A stretch of DNA of 64,000 bases, taken from Candidatus Angelobacter sp. GTDB lineage: Bacteria; Acidobacteriota; Terriglobia; Terriglobales; Acidobacteriaceae. Under the pieces are notes generated by a model. That model worked only from the letters and a program-made list of their open reading frames with translations, ran no database searches and was not told where the DNA came from. Both the position numbers and the translations under genes were made by a program. Below are positions 55,462-64,000 of the stretch, piece after piece; position 1 is the first letter of the stretch, and every line of letters begins with the position of its first letter. The stretch spans positions 2,635-66,634 of the forward strand of contig JBARMK010000236.1 in NCBI GenBank assembly GCA_049802395.1. Direction: 5' to 3'.

Positions 55462-57480
55462 ATGAGTAAGCAAGACGGGAAACATTTCGCATTAACGTGT
55501 GCCGTGCTCGGTAAGGTGATGAGTGCATGCTTGGGCTTGGCGCAAAACAGAAGCAAGCTTTTGAAAGGGAGCCGGCCTGCGAACGCTAGAGTGAAGTCTG
55601 GCGCGATGCTTGCCACACTAACGCTCGCGCTGAGCGTGATTTCGATAGGGACTAAGGCGGCGGCGGCCGGCAACGCACAGCCCCAAGCCAAGACCGCGGA
55701 AACCCAGGCCAAGGTCAAGGCGCAGGCAGGGACAAATCCGCGCATCGCGCGGCCGCCTATCGTGGTGAAGCAAGAGGCGTGGCGCAGGTCTATGGCACGG
55801 AGTGAACGGCCAAAGAAGGGGTGCTTTGTAGCCAGCTATCCGCAAACAACGTGGAAGGAGACTGAGTGCACCACTCCGCCCCAACGTCCGTATCCGCCGA
55901 GAAAAGGAGTCCGGTCCTTCACCGTAGGCAACGGCGTGGACTTTTCCGCCCAAGTGACGGGCAACACAACCGCAGCGGAGGGGTCTTTCGACAGCGTTTC
56001 TGGCGTGACCAGCGAGAGCGGCGGCGGGACTGCCAACGCCTTCTCGCTTCAGCTGAACACAAACTTCTTCTCCACCACAACCTGCAGCGGCGCTGCTGTT
56101 CCAGCGTCATGTCTGGGCTGGGAGCAGTTTATTTACTCCTCCCATTTCGGCAACTCTGCGTTCATACAGTATTGGCTGATCAACTATAACAACCCATGCC
56201 CGGCGGGCTGGAACACGTTCGGGGGCGATTGCTTTGTCAACAGCGCGGCGGCCGCTCCGGTCCCCGCACAGACCATCGCGGCGCTGGGCAACATGACAGT
56301 GACCGGCAACGCCGGCGATTCGGTCTCCCTAACGATTGGCGGCACGATGTTTTCGGCGCCAGGCGACAACCACTTCCCCGACCTGACGACTGGCTGGCAG
56401 ATCTCCGAATTCAATATAGTCGGTGATGGTGGCGGATCTTCGGCAGATTTCAATGCCGGATCGACCCTCGTCGTCAGGACTGCCGTGAACAGCGGGATGG
56501 GAGCGGTCCCACCCACCTGCGACATGCAAGGCTTCACGGGTGAGACCAACAACCTTACCCTGGTGAGCGCGCCTGCGGCCATTGCAGACGCAACCTGGCC
56601 TTCGATCGTATTTACCCAGACCAACAACGCTCCGACGCCGGTTTCATGCGACAACGCAGACAGCATCGGCGACACACATCTGAAAACCTTCGCTGGGTTG
56701 TTGTATGACTTCCAGGCGTCTGGGGACTTCGTGCTGTCGCAGGGCGGTCCAGACTTCGTGGTGCAGACGCGGCAAGCGTCAGGTGCTCCGACGTGGCCGA
56801 ACGCGGCGCTCAACAAAGCGGTTGCGACGCAAATGGGCAAGAGTCGCGTTGCCCTTTACATCGAGCCGATACGGCTTGTGGTGGATGGCAAGCCCGAAGA
56901 TCTGGCAGATGGCAAGGACCTCTTGCTGCCTACCGGCGTGCAGGTCTCACGGCGAGGCAATACCTACGCCATCACTAGCGAGGACGGCAACAGCGTGCGC
57001 GCCGTGCTGAATAGCACATGGATGGACGTGCACGTGGGCCTGGGCCATGCGCCCCAGCAGCCGCGCGGGCTCCTAGGCAATCCTAATGGAAACGCCCAGG
57101 CGCTTCTGGCGTCCACCGGAGCTGTGCTGAGGGAGCCGGTATCCTTCACGGATCTCTACCACAGCTATGCCGACAGCTGGCGCGTCCAACCGAACGAGTC
57201 ATTGTTCGCCGAGCAAACGACGATCAAAGCGGGCATTCCCAGCAACCTGTTCTTTGCGACCCAGCTCAAGCGGCAGGAATTCGCACGCGCCCGCGCGATC
57301 TGCACGTCGGCCCACATAACCGATAAAACTCTGCTCGACGCATGCACGCTTGACGCCGCCGTGCTGAACGACGAGGCGGCCGCGAAGGTCTTTATCCACA
57401 CGCGTGCTCCGCTTCACGTCGTCAAGCCGGTCTTCCGTCTGGAAAAGGTTTCTCAACGTGCCGCTCAGGGCACACCTTGA
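55462..57480 (+). CDS. secreted protein with a von Willebrand factor type D (VWD) domain
   Basis: ATG 55462 lies 4-5 nt after AAGGGGGG. Hydrophobic segment MLATLTLALSVISIG. VWD signature GDTHLKTFAGLLYDFQASGDFVL ... GLLGNPNGNAQ (about 56650-57100). Confidence 0.8.
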   Translation: MSKQDGKHFALTCAVLGKVMSACLGLAQNRSKLLKGSRPANARVKSGAMLATLTLALSVISIGTKAAAAGNAQPQAKTAETQAKVKAQAGTNPRIARPPIVVKQEAWRRSMARSERPKKGCFVASYPQTTWKETECTTPPQRPYPPRKGVRSFTVGNGVDFSAQVTGNTTAAEGSFDSVSGVTSESGGGTANAFSLQLNTNFFSTTTCSGAAVPASCLGWEQFIYSSHFGNSAFIQYWLINYNNPCPAGWNTFGGDCFVNSAAAAPVPAQTIAALGNMTVTGNAGDSVSLTIGGTMFSAPGDNHFPDLTTGWQISEFNIVGDGGGSSADFNAGSTLVVRTAVNSGMGAVPPTCDMQGFTGETNNLTLVSAPAAIADATWPSIVFTQTNNAPTPVSCDNADSIGDTHLKTFAGLLYDFQASGDFVLSQGGPDFVVQTRQASGAPTWPNAALNKAVATQMGKSRVALYIEPIRLVVDGKPEDLADGKDLLLPTGVQVSRRGNTYAITSEDGNSVRAVLNSTWMDVHVGLGHAPQQPRGLLGNPNGNAQALLASTGAVLREPVSFTDLYHSYADSWRVQPNESLFAEQTTIKAGIPSNLFFATQLKRQEFARARAICTSAHITDKTLLDACTLDAAVLNDEAAAKVFIHTRAPLHVVKPVFRLEKVSQRAAQGTP

Positions 57481-57529
57481 GCCCAATCAGCAGAGTGCGG
57501 GAGAAACAGCAGTTGGTAGTATTTTGGCA

Positions 57530-57560
57530 AAAGCCCTTCGCGAGAAGGGCTTTTTGCTTT
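57530..57560. terminator. rho-independent terminator AAAGCCCTTC-GCGA-GAAGGGCTTT-TTGCTTT
   Basis: 10 base pairs checked. It sits between the VWD gene end and a short convergent ORF. Confidence 0.8.
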
Positions 57561-57566
57561 GGGGGT

Positions 57567-57695
57567 TTAAGGTCTTATCTTCATGACGGTACCGTCGGAC
57601 TCATTGCTTATCCAAATTGCTCCGTCTCCGTCATTGCCGAGACCGACTATCTGAGGATAGAAGCCGACCAACACGGGCTCGACTTGTTCCATCAT
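57567..57695 (-). other. 42-codon ORF resembling a single beta-propeller (NHL/YncE-like) blade; probable gene remnant
   Basis: MMEQVEPVLVGFYPQIVGLGNDGDGAIWISNESDGTVMKIRP, translated by hand. It is below the track cutoff. Confidence 0.3.
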
Positions 57696-57853
57696 GGCAC
57701 CCTGCCTTGTCTACTCGCTCAATTGTTCCTCAGTACCCTTCAGATCTATTCACTCTTTTCGGCTAGGTCAGGCAGTAAGAACCATTGCGGGCGCGACTAC
57801 TTGTACGTTATCCTTTGATGCCAAACGAGACGAATCTTAATCAGGAATTTTGC

Positions 57854-58846
57854 ATGGATTGGAAAGCTTTGATGGAGCAGAACACCTGGTGGATTACCAT
57901 CGTTTCATTTTTAGTTACCATAGCTTCATTCGCCTGGGGACTTTTGGTTGCGCGCAATCAGCCCGAGAATCGCCGCTGGGCTTTCAGGTTTGCTGGTGGG
58001 ACGTTTGCGGTACTTTTAGGAATTGTCTTAATTAATCGTCATACGCCGGACCAGTTGATGCCCCCAACTACACCCGCTCCATCACCTATTCAAGGTCCCA
58101 CAACATCTAGCCCAAGACCAAAGTCAACATCCAAAAGCGATGGGCAGGAAGAGAACTGGCAAAAAATGGTGCCTGAAGAACCTGGTTTCGTGAGGGCCCT
58201 GGACTCCCGCGACAGTAAATTGCGTTCCCTCGACATGTGGGTGGAGGGGATCGAGCAAACTGCGAACAAAACTGTTGTTCACGCAGCGGTGAGGGGTTGG
58301 CCTAATTCCGGCACGGTGAGTCTACTCCACGCGTCAGGTGCATATTTAGTCGACGACCATGGAAATAGCTACGATCTCAAAGAAGAGCGCCGACTTGGGA
58401 ACGAACCTTTCCTTTCGCAAGGTGAAGTTCGGCCCGCGACAAAGAGGCGGTTCGATTTATTGTTCCGTTCCATACCGCTGACGGAATTCATTCGTTTAAA
58501 ACATCCTCAATTTCCGATCTACACAATATATAAAGCAGCAAAACCCTCTGTATATTTCTGCAATCCGTCACGCTGGTATGCCGCCAGCACATCAGAGCTT
58601 TTTTGCGATGGAAAGCTTGTTACACCGTTGGCTAATGGACAATATACAACCGTTCAGTTCCATTCCGGCCAGCATCATTGCGGCGTACGCAGCTCGGAAT
58701 CGTTAATCGATCTCAATTTGGTGAATAGCAATCTATACTACGTGCAAATGAAAGAAACATTTTGGGGCAAAGCGGGCATGAACTTAGTATCTACGCAGGA
58801 AGGCGGGGCACAAGATCCTAAATTGTTCATGCGATGCATGGAATAG
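57854..58846 (+). CDS. membrane-anchored hypothetical protein (two TM helices, Pro/Ser linker, beta-rich ectodomain)
   Basis: ATG 57854 lies 6 nt after AGGAA. The gene is AT-richer than its flanks. The C-terminal segment (VYFCNP...GQYTTVQFHSGQHH...LYYVQMK) resembles DUF2846-type domains. Confidence 0.65.
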   Translation: MDWKALMEQNTWWITIVSFLVTIASFAWGLLVARNQPENRRWAFRFAGGTFAVLLGIVLINRHTPDQLMPPTTPAPSPIQGPTTSSPRPKSTSKSDGQEENWQKMVPEEPGFVRALDSRDSKLRSLDMWVEGIEQTANKTVVHAAVRGWPNSGTVSLLHASGAYLVDDHGNSYDLKEERRLGNEPFLSQGEVRPATKRRFDLLFRSIPLTEFIRLKHPQFPIYTIYKAAKPSVYFCNPSRWYAASTSELFCDGKLVTPLANGQYTTVQFHSGQHHCGVRSSESLIDLNLVNSNLYYVQMKETFWGKAGMNLVSTQEGGAQDPKLFMRCME

Positions 58847-58981
58847 CAATGGCGCTAAAACATAGAGAGGCATTCCCGGATTTCTCGGCTCTCCAAACTT
58901 CACAGAACTCAGAGAAAGGTGGATCGCTAGTTCAAAAGGCGCCTGATTGCTGAACCCTGCGGCTTCTTCTACACTCATCCC

Positions 58982-60115
58982 ATGCTTGCCCCTTATGCGT
59001 TGCGGGCGGAGGAGAGCCGGGGACGGCGCTATCCTGAGCCGGCGCATGCGTACCGCACAGACTTTCAGCGCGATCGCGACCGCGTGGTGCATTCGCGGGC
59101 ATTCCGCAGGCTGGAAAACAAGACACAGGTTTTCACCAGACGAGGCTCCGATCATTTTCGCAACCGGCTGACGCACACGATTGAAGTGGCGCAGATCTCG
59201 CGCACCATTGCCACAGAGGTGGGACTGAATGAGGACCTGGTGGAGGCGCTGGCGCTGGTGCATGATGTGGGCCATCCGCCGTTTGGCCACGCCGGAGAGC
59301 GCATTCTTGACACGGCGATGCGCAAGCAGGGCGACCGCTTTGACCACAACCTGCACGCGTTGCGGACAGTAGAGCAGTTTGAGCAGCGTTACGCGGAATT
59401 TCCCGGACTGAACCTGACGTTTGAGGTGCGCGAAGGCATTGTGAAGCACTCGCGCGATTACGACGAAAAGGAATTTCCAGAGTTGGCCGAATACCTGCTG
59501 GACCAGCGGCCACCGCTGGAGGCGCAGCTCATCGACCTGACGGACGAGATTGCGTATTCAACGGCCGATCTGGACGACGGAGTGGAAGCAAAAATTCTTA
59601 CGCGCGAGCAGGTGCGCAGCGGCATTCCGGCGTTTGCGCGGTTGTACGCGGAGGTCGAGCAGCGGTATCCGGAGGCGGCGGAAAAACTCAGGTTCAATGA
59701 GACGCTCAAACGCGTGCTGGACCGGCTGGTGAGCGATCTGATCGTGAACAGCCGCAGGCTGATTGATGAAGCGGGCGTGCGGTCAGTGGAAGACGTGCGG
59801 AAATTTCCCCGGAGGCTTTTTGCCTTTAGCCCGGAGGTGGATGAAGAGCGGCGGCAGATCAAAGAATTTCTCTATCGCACCGTTTATTTCAACCCGGCGC
59901 TGGAGCGGGACAAGAAGCAGGCGGAGCAGGTGATCTCAGAGATGTTTGCGTTTTTCATCAAGTCTCCGCGGGAGCTGCCCGCCGCCTACCAGGAAAAGAC
60001 GCGGCATGAACCGTTGCACCGGATCGTCTGCGACTTCATAGCGGGAATGACCGACCGATATGTACTGGAACAGCACCGGCGGTTTGTAGCGATGAAGAAG
60101 AAGGTTGGGGTCTGA
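58982..60115 (+). CDS. dgt: dGTP triphosphohydrolase-like HD-domain protein
   Basis: FQRDRDRVVHSRAFRRLENKTQVF, NRLTHTIEVAQISR and LVHDVGHPPFGHAGE motifs. Confidence 0.9.
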   Translation: MLAPYALRAEESRGRRYPEPAHAYRTDFQRDRDRVVHSRAFRRLENKTQVFTRRGSDHFRNRLTHTIEVAQISRTIATEVGLNEDLVEALALVHDVGHPPFGHAGERILDTAMRKQGDRFDHNLHALRTVEQFEQRYAEFPGLNLTFEVREGIVKHSRDYDEKEFPELAEYLLDQRPPLEAQLIDLTDEIAYSTADLDDGVEAKILTREQVRSGIPAFARLYAEVEQRYPEAAEKLRFNETLKRVLDRLVSDLIVNSRRLIDEAGVRSVEDVRKFPRRLFAFSPEVDEERRQIKEFLYRTVYFNPALERDKKQAEQVISEMFAFFIKSPRELPAAYQEKTRHEPLHRIVCDFIAGMTDRYVLEQHRRFVAMKKKVGV

Positions 60116-60222
60116 GACAATTGCCAGAATCGCCGGAATTGCCAAAAATTGATGGGCGTTCGTGGGCGCAAGAATTCGTATTAAGATCGTTCCCTTTAGG
60201 TCAAGCAATGAAGGGGGGTAGC

Positions 60223-61434
60223 ATGCGCAGCTGCAAACGGTTTCTAGTTGCCGTGATCTGCACCGCGATTTGTTCCGGACTTTACGCCCAGACTGGCGTC
60301 GCCAATTCAAACCGGCAACACGCATTTGAAATGTTCCAGCAGCACAGGCAAATTGAGGCCCTGCCGCTATTCGAAGAACTTGCGTTGAAAGATCCCGGCG
60401 ACGCTGAGGTGCTGGTAAGGCTGGGCGTCTGCCTGGTAACGGAGTCAGCGACCCTGGCGGACGAGAATGCGGCAACCAGAGAGCGGCTGCGCGCGAGAGA
60501 CCTGCTGATCAAAGCCAAGAAGCTGGGCAACACAAGCGCGTTGCTGGAAAACGTGCTACAGAACCTGCCGGCAGACGGCGTCATCAAATACACTGCCAGT
60601 CCGGCAGATCAGGCGATGCGAGCGGCGGAGGCGGCTTTTGCCCGGCGCGATTTTGATGAGGCCCTCAAGAATTACCTGAAAGTCCTGGAATATGACCCGA
60701 AAAATTATTCCGCAGCGCTTTTTGTGGGCGACACCTATTTCGCGGAAAAGATCTGGGACAAGGCAGGAGAGTGGTACGGGCGGGCCATTGAGATTGATCC
60801 GAACAAGGAAACAGCATATCGATACTATGCCGACATGCTGTTGAAGAATGGAGAGATGGAGAAATCGCGGACCAGGGCGATACAGGCAGTGGTGGCGGAA
60901 CCTTACAATCCCATTACCTGGCGCGAGCTAACGGCATGGACCACGGCGAACAAGGTGGAGCTGAAGAGAGTCCACATCAACGTGCCTAATAACGTGACCC
61001 AGAAGGACGAAAACAACATTACGATCACGATGAATGCAAACGATTCCAGCGATACTTCCTCAGTCTGGCTGATATACGGGATGGTCAAAGCAACCTGGCA
61101 CGGGGATGAATTCAAGAAACACTATCCCGACGAAAAACAATATCGCCACAGCCTGGGCGAAGAAGCGGATGCCCTGTCAGCCGCGGCGGCGGTGAGGAGT
61201 GAGAGCAGCAACTCCAAAGGCAAGAAGAAAGGAAAGCCTGCCACGACGCCAGCGAATGCCGACCTGGACCTCCTGACGCAACTCTACCAGGCGAAACTGC
61301 TGGAGCCGTATGTGCTGTTGAGCGCAGCAGACCAGGACATTGCGCAGGATTATGCGGCTTATCGGGAAAAGAACCGCGACAAACTGGAAAAATATTTAGG
61401 CGATTTCATCCTGCCGCCGGCGCCCAAGCCTTAA
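60223..61434 (+). CDS. secreted TPR-containing protein
   Basis: ATG 60223 lies 5 nt after AAGGGGGG. Signal peptide MRSCKRFLVAVICTAICSGLYA. TPR units (ALKNYLKVLEYDPKN...). Confidence 0.75.
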   Translation: MRSCKRFLVAVICTAICSGLYAQTGVANSNRQHAFEMFQQHRQIEALPLFEELALKDPGDAEVLVRLGVCLVTESATLADENAATRERLRARDLLIKAKKLGNTSALLENVLQNLPADGVIKYTASPADQAMRAAEAAFARRDFDEALKNYLKVLEYDPKNYSAALFVGDTYFAEKIWDKAGEWYGRAIEIDPNKETAYRYYADMLLKNGEMEKSRTRAIQAVVAEPYNPITWRELTAWTTANKVELKRVHINVPNNVTQKDENNITITMNANDSSDTSSVWLIYGMVKATWHGDEFKKHYPDEKQYRHSLGEEADALSAAAAVRSESSNSKGKKKGKPATTPANADLDLLTQLYQAKLLEPYVLLSAADQDIAQDYAAYREKNRDKLEKYLGDFILPPAPKP

Positions 61435-61516
61435 CGCAGGGGGTAAACAGGCGATCGCGAACACATGGTTTCCGTCGCTCGGACGATGTTCATCCGGCGG
61501 GCCCGCGGACTTGACG

Positions 61517-62470
61517 CTACATGTGTGAGACCAGCTTGCGTCCGAGTTCGGCGCCGCGGACGCGGATCTCGGGCACGTACATGGTTTCCATGTTGATCAT
61601 GCTGTCGCCGTTAAGCACGTAGAACGCGTGGCCGAACGAACCCATCATGGCACGGTCGCCAACGCCGTTAATTTCTTTGAAGCCGGGAACAACGGACATG
61701 GTAGCGCGCAGCGGACCCCAATTTTCACGGCCGAAATTGCGGTCTACGGTGAACGCAAAAACTTTGCCGTCGGGATCGGGCGCGGAAAGTCCCAGGCCCT
61801 TGACGATTCCCTCCATTTCTTCTGTGTGCTTCAGCAGCTCGAGCGGATTATCGTTCTTTACGTTCTTGTTCGCGGGATCATTCGACACCCGCTCCGAATC
61901 TCGTTTGGCCTGGGCCACGGCGATCTTCTGCAGTTCAGCGAAGGCCGCGGGATTGGTGTAATAGGCGCAACCGGGCTCGTTGCCTTGCATGATCTCTGAA
62001 CTACGTTCGACGGCTACACCGAGCACCTGTTGCAATTCGTCGCGTGAAAGCAGCGAGCAGGCATTGCCCTTGGCCACCTGGACTTGCCCGGAGCCGCCTA
62101 TCGCGCCGCCGGTAAGGCCGGAAACTTTGGCTTTCATCCAATGCAAGCCATAGAGCGCGCCGCCGATCCCCAGCGCGAACAATCCAACCAACAGCACGCC
62201 GATAATCAGCAGCACTTTCCCCGCGCCTGACTTCTTGACCGCGGTGGGAGGCATGCTGGCTTGGGCCTGGACGGGTGCGCTCGCGGCAGCCGCGGGCGAT
62301 TGGACTGATGCCGCGGACTGGGGCACGAAAGGCTGGGCTGCTGGCTGTGCCGGAGTCGATGGTTGAGTTGCCGGCTGTGGCGGAGTGCTAGCCGCCTGCG
62401 CTGCCTTGCCGCATCGACCACAAAAGGCGCCGGCCAGCGGCGCTCCACATCCTGTACAGAATCCTGGCAT
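61517..62470 (-). CDS. zinc-ribbon / Pro-rich / single-TM protein with extracytoplasmic domain
   Basis: N-terminal CTGCGAPL...CGRCG, a Pro/Ala/Gln linker, a TM helix, and a C-terminal domain starting GNACSLLSRDELQQVLG. Confidence 0.7.
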   Translation of the reverse strand: MPGFCTGCGAPLAGAFCGRCGKAAQAASTPPQPATQPSTPAQPAAQPFVPQSAASVQSPAAAASAPVQAQASMPPTAVKKSGAGKVLLIIGVLLVGLFALGIGGALYGLHWMKAKVSGLTGGAIGGSGQVQVAKGNACSLLSRDELQQVLGVAVERSSEIMQGNEPGCAYYTNPAAFAELQKIAVAQAKRDSERVSNDPANKNVKNDNPLELLKHTEEMEGIVKGLGLSAPDPDGKVFAFTVDRNFGRENWGPLRATMSVVPGFKEINGVGDRAMMGSFGHAFYVLNGDSMINMETMYVPEIRVRGAELGRKLVSHM

Positions 62471-62492
62471 TGACGGTCTCCTTTGGTTGGGC

Positions 62493-62506
62493 AGTGGCTA
62501 ATGGCT
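62493..62506 (-). repeat. two heptanucleotide units (minus-strand AGCCATT AGCCACT) in the 5' leader of the zinc-ribbon gene
   Basis: Read from sequence. The units are identical to those at 50454-50467. Confidence 0.6.
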
Positions 62507-62951
62507 TATCAGCGTTTGCGAACATTTTGGTTGTCGGTCAGTTTGAACTTATCGATCTGGCTTATTCTCGATTCCAAACGGACCCCACTACTGAATATCC
62601 TGCTTTAGCCATTTACCACGAGCAGAGGCATAAAATGGCACTCATTGTACTTCCATTTGTGCGTTGGGCAGGCCGTCCGTTTCATTCTGGGTACCATGCA
62701 TTTTGGCCGAGTGTCGCCGAGCAATATTTACCCGGTCAGCCTTACGCAGGGGCTAGTGCGACCTAAGGCATACACCGTAAAGCACTGAAAATAAAGGATC
62801 AATAATCAGCCTTATGATTCATGAGTTTGGCAATCGCAATGCACTAGTGAGAAGCGTAGCGTTATGCGCACTCGGGGGTTTGCTGGAAACCCTGTCCAAA
62901 GGCGTGGCCCCGATGCACGAACGAACCCCCGGTTCGGAGGATTTTACCCAA

Positions 62952-63920
62952 ATGAAGAATTATCTATTGTCGCTATCGCTGGCCGCCGCGTTCGCAGTTC
63001 CTGCAGTGGCTCAGCAGAATCAACAGAGCAACGCCACAGATCAATCACAGGCGCAACAGACGCAGAGCACTGACCAGACCGCCACTGGAAAAGATCCGCT
63101 GGTTTATCAACGCAAAGAGGGCTTCTGGGGACACCTGAATCCCTTTGCCCGCAAGAAATATGTCAACCGTCAGCTTGATCCTGTCCGCGGCCGCGTGAAT
63201 GAGCTGGATGAGCTAACCGCGAAGAACGCCAAAATGATCGCTGATGTGGACGCACGCGCCACCGAAGGCATTCGCAACGCCATGAGCAAGGCCAATGACG
63301 CCGATACGCACGCGCTGGACGCGGGCAATCGCGCCAACCAGGCCCAGCAGACGGCGCAACAGGCCCACGCCCGCATCGCCACTGTGGAAGATACCGTCAG
63401 CAAGATTGACCAGTACCAGCCGATCACCCAGGCTGAAATCCGTTTCCGTCCCGGGCAGTCCGCTCTGAGCAAGAACGCCAAAGACGCGCTGGACCAGATG
63501 GCCACCTCTCTGAAGAACCAGAAGGGCTACATCGTGGAAGTCCAGGGCTTCTCTCCCGGCAACGGCAACGTTGCCATCGAGAACTCGCGCGAAATGGCGC
63601 AGATGGTCGTCCGTTACCTCGTCCTGAACCATGAGGTTCCGGTCTATCGCATCTACACCGTCGGCATGGGCAATGCGCCGGTACAGGCTGAAGATGGCAA
63701 GGTTCGTCGCCAGAAGGGCGGACGCGTTGAGATCAGCTTGCTCAAGAACGGCTTGGCCGACCTGAACGCCAGCAACGGTTCGGCGCCCAGCTCCGGCAGC
63801 GGCGTCACCGCAACTCCGGCCACCTCGACTCCTGCTACCTCGACTCAGCCGGCCACCACTGATCAACCAGCGACTCAGCCAACCACTGAGCCGCCGGCCC
63901 AGAAGCCGCCGCAACAGTAA
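62952..63920 (+). CDS. OmpA-family protein with coiled-coil N-terminal half and PT-rich tail
   Basis: ATG 62952 lies after GGAGGA, with a signal peptide. OmpA_C-like segment (IRFRPGQSALSKNAKDALDQMA...GYIVEVQGF...NSREMAQMVVRYLV). Confidence 0.85.
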   Translation: MKNYLLSLSLAAAFAVPAVAQQNQQSNATDQSQAQQTQSTDQTATGKDPLVYQRKEGFWGHLNPFARKKYVNRQLDPVRGRVNELDELTAKNAKMIADVDARATEGIRNAMSKANDADTHALDAGNRANQAQQTAQQAHARIATVEDTVSKIDQYQPITQAEIRFRPGQSALSKNAKDALDQMATSLKNQKGYIVEVQGFSPGNGNVAIENSREMAQMVVRYLVLNHEVPVYRIYTVGMGNAPVQAEDGKVRRQKGGRVEISLLKNGLADLNASNGSAPSSGSGVTATPATSTPATSTQPATTDQPATQPTTEPPAQKPPQQ

Positions 63921-64000
63921 TTCGGCGGCAAGTAGTTTGCGACTGTAATTTTCAAAGATCGGTAAGACTGAATAACCAAACGCAACCCCTCCTGACAAGT

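Noticed and set aside
58982-60115. dGTPase-like gene as an anti-phage nucleotide-depletion defence gene
   Set aside because: Size, motifs and composition match the widespread housekeeping Dgt-like type. There are no neighbouring defence or mobile genes. Adjacency to the AT-rich islet is not sufficient evidence.
62470-62766. 98-aa plus-strand ORF in the 480-nt spacer before the OmpA-like gene
   Set aside because: It has no RBS and no recognisable motif, and it starts at the divergent gene's start codon. It is likely non-coding promoter or leader DNA.

Overview
High-GC bacterial chromosomal segment. Gene content and the short GC-rich intergenic hairpin repeats suggest a soil Acidobacteriota (Terriglobia)-like genome; this is inference only. 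I support about 55 protein genes and one tRNA-Pro(GGG). Housekeeping genes are polA (5' truncated), glmM, xseA, dtd, folP, dacB, murJ, rnr, fabG, purH and a dGTPase-like gene. They are interspersed with many secreted or envelope proteins: two paralogous amidohydrolases, VIT/vWA, TPR, OmpA-like, TonB-like and bactofilin. Also present are a Tat-exported PaoABC-type molybdo-oxidoreductase, a TreT-type trehalose synthase operon, an ECF sigma factor, a GAF/HD-GYP protein and a PIN toxin module. I saw no CRISPR array, transposase, integrase, phage genes or recognised defence system, and no single large novel system. The best leads are listed here. (1) A secreted protein made of three cyanovirin-N-type half repeats. 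(2) A bacterial VWD-domain secreted protein next to an AT-richer islet. (3) A family of tandem heptanucleotide arrays (RGYNNTT) at five intergenic or stop-codon positions. (4) A CPA2 antiporter interrupted by one in-frame TGA at a conserved Gly codon. (5) An AT-rich TraB/Tiki-like mini gene bracketed by direct repeats. (6) A PIN toxin paired with an atypical large antitoxin candidate. (7) A 570-aa orphan protein with an embedded GNAT-like motif. Many long antisense ORFs in the six-frame track are high-GC artefacts. Alternative starts were chosen from in-frame start codons, ribosome-binding sites and neighbouring gene ends, and remain predictions.
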